Below the pieces are notes generated by a model. It did no database searches, had not been told where the DNA came from, and saw nothing but the letters and a program-made list of their open reading frames with translations. Shown here one piece after another: positions 47,340-53,996 of a stretch of 53,996 nucleotides of DNA (positions are counted from its first letter, which is position 1; each line of letters opens with the position of its first letter). The DNA is taken from contig NMRA01001108.1 in NCBI GenBank assembly GCA_002633005.1, positions 1 through 53,996 of the forward strand. Direction: 5' to 3'. Made by a program: the position numbers and the translations under genes. This stretch comes from Phoronis australis (lineage: Eukaryota; Animalia; Phoronida).

Positions 47340-47840
47340 TTGCTTGTCATTACTCATTGCAGTTTTCCCTTGTTGTTGCTTATTCGTATTTATCACTCCA
47401 CATTGGTAAATACTTCACACATCGTTTTCTACATACTGCTGTCCTTTCATACGAGGTCCGTGTGAGTCTTAACTCATTGCAACTCTCATACGGGCTTCAG
47501 CTAATTTTTACTTATCGCAGTTCATTATTGTAGGTCCGTTCCTAAGTACTGCAGTTGATTCTTACATTTCGTTCCTGAGCCTAATTGCTGGTTTATATTT
47601 TACATTTTTTTCTTATCCATGGCATTGCAGACGACTTTGTTTACTGCGGTACATTCTTACATAAGGGAACTTCAATAAATTTTACCGCTTACCGCAATCA
47701 GTTCCAACAAGTACTTTTTGCAGTTCTCCCAACTGTTTCATTTGCTGTTCATCATTCTTATTCATTGCAACCAATTGCTATTTACTGGGTACAACATTAC
47801 TGTACTTCAACCGTAACTACTGCAGTTCATGGCGCCATAG
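47340..47840. repeat. Degenerate minisatellite-like tract
   Basis: Recurrent (TC)ATTGCAGTT / TACTGCAGTT / ATTGCAAC words across about 500 bp. Confidence 0.5.
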
Positions 47841-48108
47841 TTGACAATGTGATCCTAGTAGTTATCGATGAACTCTCCATCTTCGCTAGCGCACATGCAC
47901 AGGTGAACACGTATGCACAATTAATCAAAAGTGTGCCATTCGAACTGTTTTATACATATTGTACAATAACCGCATGCAGAAAAACTGTATTCAAAAAGTC
48001 GGTACTAATGAAAAGGGCCTTCTCACTAGTAACATCAAGATAGATTAAGAATGGAAAGTACTGGAATGGAGCAATTTTGAACTAATTGTCTTACCTTACT
48101 ACTTGTAC

Positions 48109-48333
48109 CTGGGCTGCGTTTCGTAAGTGTAAACAGTTGCGAGAAACTTGGGGAGAGAATTCGTCTCGGCTTAAAGAATTTAGGAGATTTTTATTTCCAT
48201 AATTCAGCCTTCGAGCCTCGCAAATCATTTCAGTGGCGACCAGGTGCATAGTGCACACGATTAAAATCTCGAGCTAACTAGAAAAACTTGGTTTGGCTTA
48301 TCTCACAATTATTTTGTCACGGAACGCACCCTT
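48109..48333. mobile_element. Small MITE
   Basis: GGGCTGCGTTTCGTAA at left and TCACGGAACGCACCC at right form an inverted match. Confidence 0.55.
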
Positions 48334-48859
48334 AAATACACACACACCTTTTTACAATAGGATCCTTGTTTCGTTAGCACCGGTCACCTGGTGAATCTTG
48401 AGTCGCATATTTGTAGAAACAATAACCAGTTTTATATTATAAACAGGCAAGCTAACACATTTCCCGTTCACATTCACTACTGCCTGGAAATAATACCCGG
48501 CAAATTTCGCGTTCACACGGTCATAAGCACCTGTGCTGGAACAACTACATGTACGTCAAAAACAACGCGTGACTAACCATATTAGTGAGAAATTGTAAAC
48601 AAAAACATAATTCAATGGTATATTCTCAAGTAAGTATACATTAAAAATGGTTTGGTTTCATTATAGATTTATTATCTTGTTGCCAATTAGTCAATTAATG
48701 TTAGCGCACAAGAAATTTTGTCGCTCGAATGTAGAGGATACAAAGGGGAAGTAACACACTTCAGTTATTGTTTACAGAAACAAGAAGACCATACAACTAC
48801 TGTCATCGTTATAGCAAACCGAGAACTGGCTGGTAAACGAAATTAGTTCTACTCTACGT

Positions 48860-49320
48860 TTTTCTTAACTGGCGTTGTGGTGCTGTATCTTTAGTTGTCC
48901 ATACCTTCAAAAGAAAAAAATCAACTGTCATCAGCTGAAATAGGTTGGTATTCGTTTTCCTTGCAGTCTCACCTGTCGCCTGTTGTGACCCGCAACTTTC
49001 AAAATGAATCGGGCGGAGATCAAAATCAACCAGTTTTGGCTTAACTGCACATGAAGAAGAGAAATTGTTCAAGTAGCGCAGGAAACAAAATTTCGTCTTG
49101 TAGATTGTCCTTGAAGTTTTGCAGTAAAATATTCGAGTAATTCTTCGCACTTGTCTGCTGTTTTTCAGTTGTTTTCGCGATTTATGTAATAAAATGCAAC
49201 TACACCACTCCGACGAGATTTCGTTAGCTTTTTGGCAAATAAATATAGATTATTACACGGCGAAGTCGTTATCTCCCATTATCTAGAGCCCGAGTGGATT
49301 TTGGAGAATTATCGCCCGAT
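48860..49320 (-). mobile_element. Possible Crypton-like relic
   Basis: Minus-strand ETARK../NEYQPIS resembles the ARK.DG.EY.P.SL motif. The adjoining ATAGATTATTACACGG..GCCCGAG resembles non-coding ends of such elements. Confidence 0.3.
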
Positions 49321-51297
49321 GAACGGACGTTCTAAATTAGATTTATCTAAACGCAGATGGACTTGATTCTTGACTCTTAAATCGCAAAATAGCAAAAAAA
49401 TCGATTCCAAACGCATTTCTTTGACTTGCTGTATTATTGCTTTAAAATTTTATTAAAGTACCCAGTGGAATCGATTTAAATAATTATTGACTTACCCAGA
49501 TCCTTAAAAGCCGAATCCACAACAACCAAAGTGCATAGAATTAAAAAACTCATGACGTCTTATCTTTCAAACTCCAAATCAGAATGGACACTCGTGCTTG
49601 GGATCTGCGTAAATTTAGCGTCGTGACACGAGAATTCTCGTGTTCTCTCCCCATGAAGGGCAGCTGCTACACTGTAGCTCCCAACCAACCCACTTTTGGG
49701 AACACGCAATCTGTTTGAAGATCACGTCACCTGAGTAGATAGCGTTAACAGACCCAGGAAAAGCTCTGTCACGATAGACATTGTTAGGCATTTTACAAGA
49801 CAACTGCAACATGAATAAGCGACACCTACCGACTGTCATCCTCAAGTACGCCGTGTACAAGTTCATCACCTATTCAACCAATGACTGCACAACAAAGTTT
49901 GCCCCCAAATTCTGCATGATATGCAAGTTTAACAATTAATGACTGCTCACTATCACAACTCTATTAGAGTTTGAATGAATGATTTTATTGATTTCCTAGC
50001 ATGAACTTACTTAATACTCGGACCCACCGGGTGCTAGCTTGGTATAAATGGCTCGCGGATAACAGTAATACTAAATGTTGTCTTTTCGTTGCTTACTCTA
50101 GTGTAGTGTCATTCCTAAGTAATCGTCTAGTAACCCCATTGGTCAATTTCAATGCTTATCTCCAGTGATACATACAAGCAACAAGGGCACCTGCAAACTA
50201 GAAACGGTCGATATAGCCAAGTAAGGGCTCCTATAGAGAGATACAGCCTCACAATTAACAAAACACCTAGTGGTCCGCAAAAAATATCCCGTCTTAGTGT
50301 GACAAATTTTGTGACCTGTTGCGACATCGAAAGCATAACCCTCCTTCGGTCAATTCTGATAAAGCTTTCATCTTTCCTCCAGTCATACTTGCTGCCTTGG
50401 TAACCATTTGACCTAACCCGTCTTCATGATTCCGTACTCTGAAGCTGGCAATCCTATAAATTTCTTGCGTCACAATTACACCAGTAGCAATTTCCAGGTA
50501 CCAAAATATCTGCTCCTTTACTTAAGACCATGGCCCTTGACTGTTTATAGTCATGTGACACCTAAACACAGTCAAATACATTGTTCCATTGGCATATACC
50601 ACTACCATCTTTTAATACATGTATACGCTCTTAAGATTGAAGACCCGTTCCGAAATAGCAATTTTATTGATGTCTGTGTTGTTTTCAACGCTCACACTGA
50701 ACATGGGACATCTTTGGTTTTGATTAAAAGGATGATTAAACAACACAGTCACTTTTTCTCAAAGTATTGATTTCACCATTTTTTCCGAGGCACTTTGTTT
50801 TCTTGGCTTTGTAACACGTCTGATACTCGTAAAATGTAACAATTTCGTAACAACTGTTACATTTACGTCATTGTTACATTTTGCGTTGTTGTCACATTTT
50901 ATATCGAATGCACACGCGAGGAATGTACCATTTTTACACTTTACGAAACTAACGTCGTATTTCAAAGAAAGTGACCAAAATCACGAACAAGTAATTTCTG
51001 ACACGGCCGGGGGTATTTGAGTATTTTTGGACGAGGAGTGCTGCCCTAAAAATGAATACCTATGGTTTAGGAAGTGGGCTTGGACAAAAAACTGACACAT
51101 TTAGAAACTAATTTTGGGTAAAAATTCACATTTTTGCATTTTTCTGTTCCGGAAATTCAGAAAAGGCACCCTTCTAGATAACTTTTTTATAAATGGCACC
51201 ATCTTGGAGAGTACTTTTTGTTGTAAAAAACATCATTTTGGGATGCACTTTTCGTAAACCTCTTCTACAGGACTGACACGGCATAAGTTTGGCTACC

Positions 51298-51420
51298 CAT
51301 TATCATTTTTATTACTATTACAATATTATTCTTGTTATTACTACCATTATTACTATTATTACTTTCACTACTATTACTCGTTATCGGTATCTTTATCATT
51401 TTTGTTACCATTACTGATAT
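51298..51420. repeat. Degenerate (TAT/TAC)n microsatellite
   Basis: ATTACTATTA, ATTATTACTATTATTACT and similar words. Confidence 0.8.
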
Positions 51421-52914
51421 TTTTGATTTTTTTTAACAACGACACAGTGCAATAGAAATATAACATATCATGGAACTCAAAGAGTTTAAAATCATCTCAT
51501 TTATGGTTCAACGTTTTCACCTTGCTCCCCATAATGAAGAGCGAGTGCTTAAAGAGGATCCTATGTTCAACCTTAACGATATTGTCAGAAACGTCATGAC
51601 AGCTGTGGATGCAAAGTAGGCCTACTTTTTAGAAACGAGGGGATTGAGATTAAAAACTTTTTTAGGCGTGTGCCCTTTCAAAAATTGATTATTTCTGATC
51701 AATCGGAAAGCACAGTATTGTTTGTAAATATATAACTATATATTTCTGCAGAACTGAATTCAGACTGCACTCTTTTTTGCGACTTACATCTAACCCTTAG
51801 GATACCCACCGTGTAATCATTTTTGTCTCTTGTTGAAAACATTACTTTTCAAAGAACTGGGGTTCGCTCCGCTATGTAAGTTCAAAAATTGCTTTAAATT
51901 GAATTTTGAATGTAGACATTTTTCGAATACAAACGACTTGTCGGCTATGGCTGCTGTCACTGAGTCATTAGAATAGCTGGTAACGGATACAAAACACGCA
52001 CAATTTTATGTGGAACGAGCCCTAAAATTCAGTGATTTAATAAGTGAGTGATTTGATTTAGGTTTCATTGAAAATGGGTTGCAAGGAACAAAAACAGCTA
52101 ACGTCGAAGTCAGCGATGTTTAATATGCGCTCTTTATGCGATGTAGCAATACGTTTAATATACATACTGTATACCAAAGATCCTTATTTGTCAACAACCA
52201 CGCGTGTTGTTGACAGCGAGCTGCAACACAAAAATGGCACCTCATGAGAAACGTGGCTTCACGTCCATTAATAACAGAATGTCCAGTCTCTGTCTTTATT
52301 CATATATGTTTCGGACATTAGGAACCCGGTTCCTAGTTCGGACTAACGATCATTGACGAAATAGCAATTTTAATTGATCTTAAAAGATAATAGAAAGAGA
52401 ACGTGCATGTTTTTGAAGTCCGAAATGCCCCTAGTCAGCTTTTTCGGACGGTTGCTCCTTTAAATTATCGACCTAGAGCCGGTATGAGCAAAATGACCGT
52501 GGCCTTTCAGTGTAGCAAAATATTTCCCCACCTAGGCCTCCCATTTTACACATACACGTCACGGTTTGATCAGTTGTTACCGCCACTACATGTATTTCAG
52601 ACAGGTTTGACATCATAGGAACGGTATATATTATATATTTCTTTCAGCTTCTAACTCTTCAAAACACGTGCCACCACAATATCTTCAAGAAAATGTCATT
52701 CGTAACTAAGGTGGTAAACACAACCGGTCGGCATCAGACCCTCGGCGTTTTCCACTAGGTGCTACCCGTGCGAAAGGATGCGTAACATCTAGTCATATAA
52801 TAAAATACCAAGTGGGTACATCAAACAGCCAACTGGGCTATAACAACCTGCAAAGCAGGTTGCAGACAATCTGAGGGAGCTGACCAGGCGGAGTAATAAA
52901 AAGATATTGCAAGG

Positions 52915-53105
52915 AACGTGGTGATGTGGCTCATTGTGTGCTGAGAGCTGCGACCGGGGTGGAGAGAGGCAAGCTGCAGTGATAGACACTCGAGTACAGG
53001 TCTGGTCGCTAGAAAAGGACGTCTCTTCGTGCTTGACGGTAACACGCTCCGGGCTTGAAAGAGGTACCAGCAGTGGCTGCAATAACAAAAACAACCAACA
53101 GCAGA
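52915..53105 (+). mobile_element. Possible decayed SINE
   Basis: A-box-like GTGGCTCATTG, core-like GAAAGAGGTACCAGCAG and a (CAA)-rich tail. No clear B box. Confidence 0.3.
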
Positions 53106-53588
53106 TTTTGTTCGACAAAAGGTAGGGAGGGTGGGAAAGATATAAATCGGTTGAATTGAGATTTTGTGGAACCCAGGGTAGGGAGGGTGGGAGAGGAATC
53201 AAATGGTCTAATTGGGAAAACTTACGAGTGCATGTACTGTTGCTTGAGGCTGGGCAAACAGGAAGCTGGAGAGAAAGAACAAACAGCGCTACAGTCGGGT
53301 TTGGTGGGAACAAACTAGGAGTTGGATATGAAGGATGAAGGGCTGTAGGATAATATTTGCCCAAATAATAGGATTTATGTCAAGTGCCATAAATTTCATT
53401 ATTGGGGACAAATAAAACAACAACAATAATATATATTTTAGGTTGCATTGGGAATTTCAGGGTCACAACTGTACAAATGAATATTTCACATAAGTAACCA
53501 GATGGGTTCCTTAATTGCAAGAGATAACACACACATTTACGATACCCAATGTGAAATTAAGTATGGGATACTAAGTGGCACAGGTTAG

Positions 53589-53796
53589 CATAGTACCAAA
53601 TGGGTACATAATACCAAATGGGTACATAATACCAAATGGGTACATAATACCAAATGGGTATTGTCCGATTGCCTACCAACTGGGTCGAGCAAAACGGCAA
53701 ATTCAATAACTAGTACCAAATGGGTACAACTGCCAAATGGGCAAATATCATATAAAGTACCAAGTGGGTACATCAAACAGCCAACTGGGCTATAAC
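53589..53796. repeat. 18-bp minisatellite (TACCAAATGGGTACATAA, about 4 exact units plus variants); its last 39 bp are duplicated at 52806-52844
   Basis: Units at 53594, 53612, 53630 and 53648, with variants to 53796. TACCAAGTGGGTACATCAAACAGCCAACTGGGCTATAAC is identical at 52806 and 53758. Confidence 0.92.
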
Positions 53797-53799
53797 TGT

Positions 53800-53910
53800 T
53801 GGTGTTAAGCTTTGTATTAGCCGCCAGGCGTCTCTGGTGTTTCACCTCTCCCCACTAGCTGGAGGAGCGTTCCAGAGCGTCCATGTTGGTAGACCGTTTG
53901 CGTTTATTGT
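53800..53910 (-). mobile_element. Possible RTE-like LINE C-terminal fragment
   Basis: LPTWTLWNAPP..GRG../RDAWRL resembles the W.P.G.R.RGRP..TWRR ending of RTE ORFs. Confidence 0.3.
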
Positions 53911-53996
53911 GCTGGCGAAAATAATCACTTGATAGGGACTTTTGCGTTGTCTTTGAGCGAACTAACAAATGGTAGCAGATTCATAAAGATCTTCGG

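Noticed and set aside
47585-48043. 152-aa ORF as a gene
   Set aside because: Non-ATG start, overlaps a degenerate repeat tract and has no recognisable motif.
50998-51283. CCGGGGG-ended MITE with CTGACACGGC direct repeats as TSD
   Set aside because: No convincing right TIR. It is probably repeat-derived, but the boundaries are unsupported.
52789-53364. 191-aa minus-strand ORF
   Set aside because: Its Pro/Leu/Ser bias comes from reading G-rich repeats antisense. It has a non-ATG start and no recognisable domain.
53589-53760. CRISPR-like short repeats
   Set aside because: Units are directly adjacent with no unique spacers, no cas genes are present and the context is eukaryotic. It is a minisatellite.

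Overview
AT-rich, repeat-dense eukaryotic (metazoan) DNA, by inference from a marine invertebrate. I see no prokaryotic genes, operons or CRISPR arrays. One host gene is recognisable on the + strand. It has two phase-1, 237-nt kringle exons (18049-18285, with a GC splice donor; 26830-27066) and a terminal exon encoding an S/T-rich linker and a PAN/apple-like domain (from 30933). A candidate TATA box and signal-peptide mini-exons lie at about 14.5-14.7 kb. The terminal exon appears split by a 7.7-kb nested insertion bounded by a 7-bp target duplication (ACTACGT): a CR1/L2-group LINE contains a Kolobok-like element, which contains a second TTAA element, which contains a MITE. The likely original C-terminus is stranded at 38966-39031. 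Most other recognisable sequence is decayed mobile DNA: two Academ-like elements with TAG...CTA termini, an end-to-end L1/Tx1 element inserted into a MITE, CR1-like and Penelope (GIY-YIG) fragments, THAP-domain relics, MITEs, SINEs, a tandem array of tRNA-like units and small repeats. All family assignments come from motif recognition by eye, not database searches.
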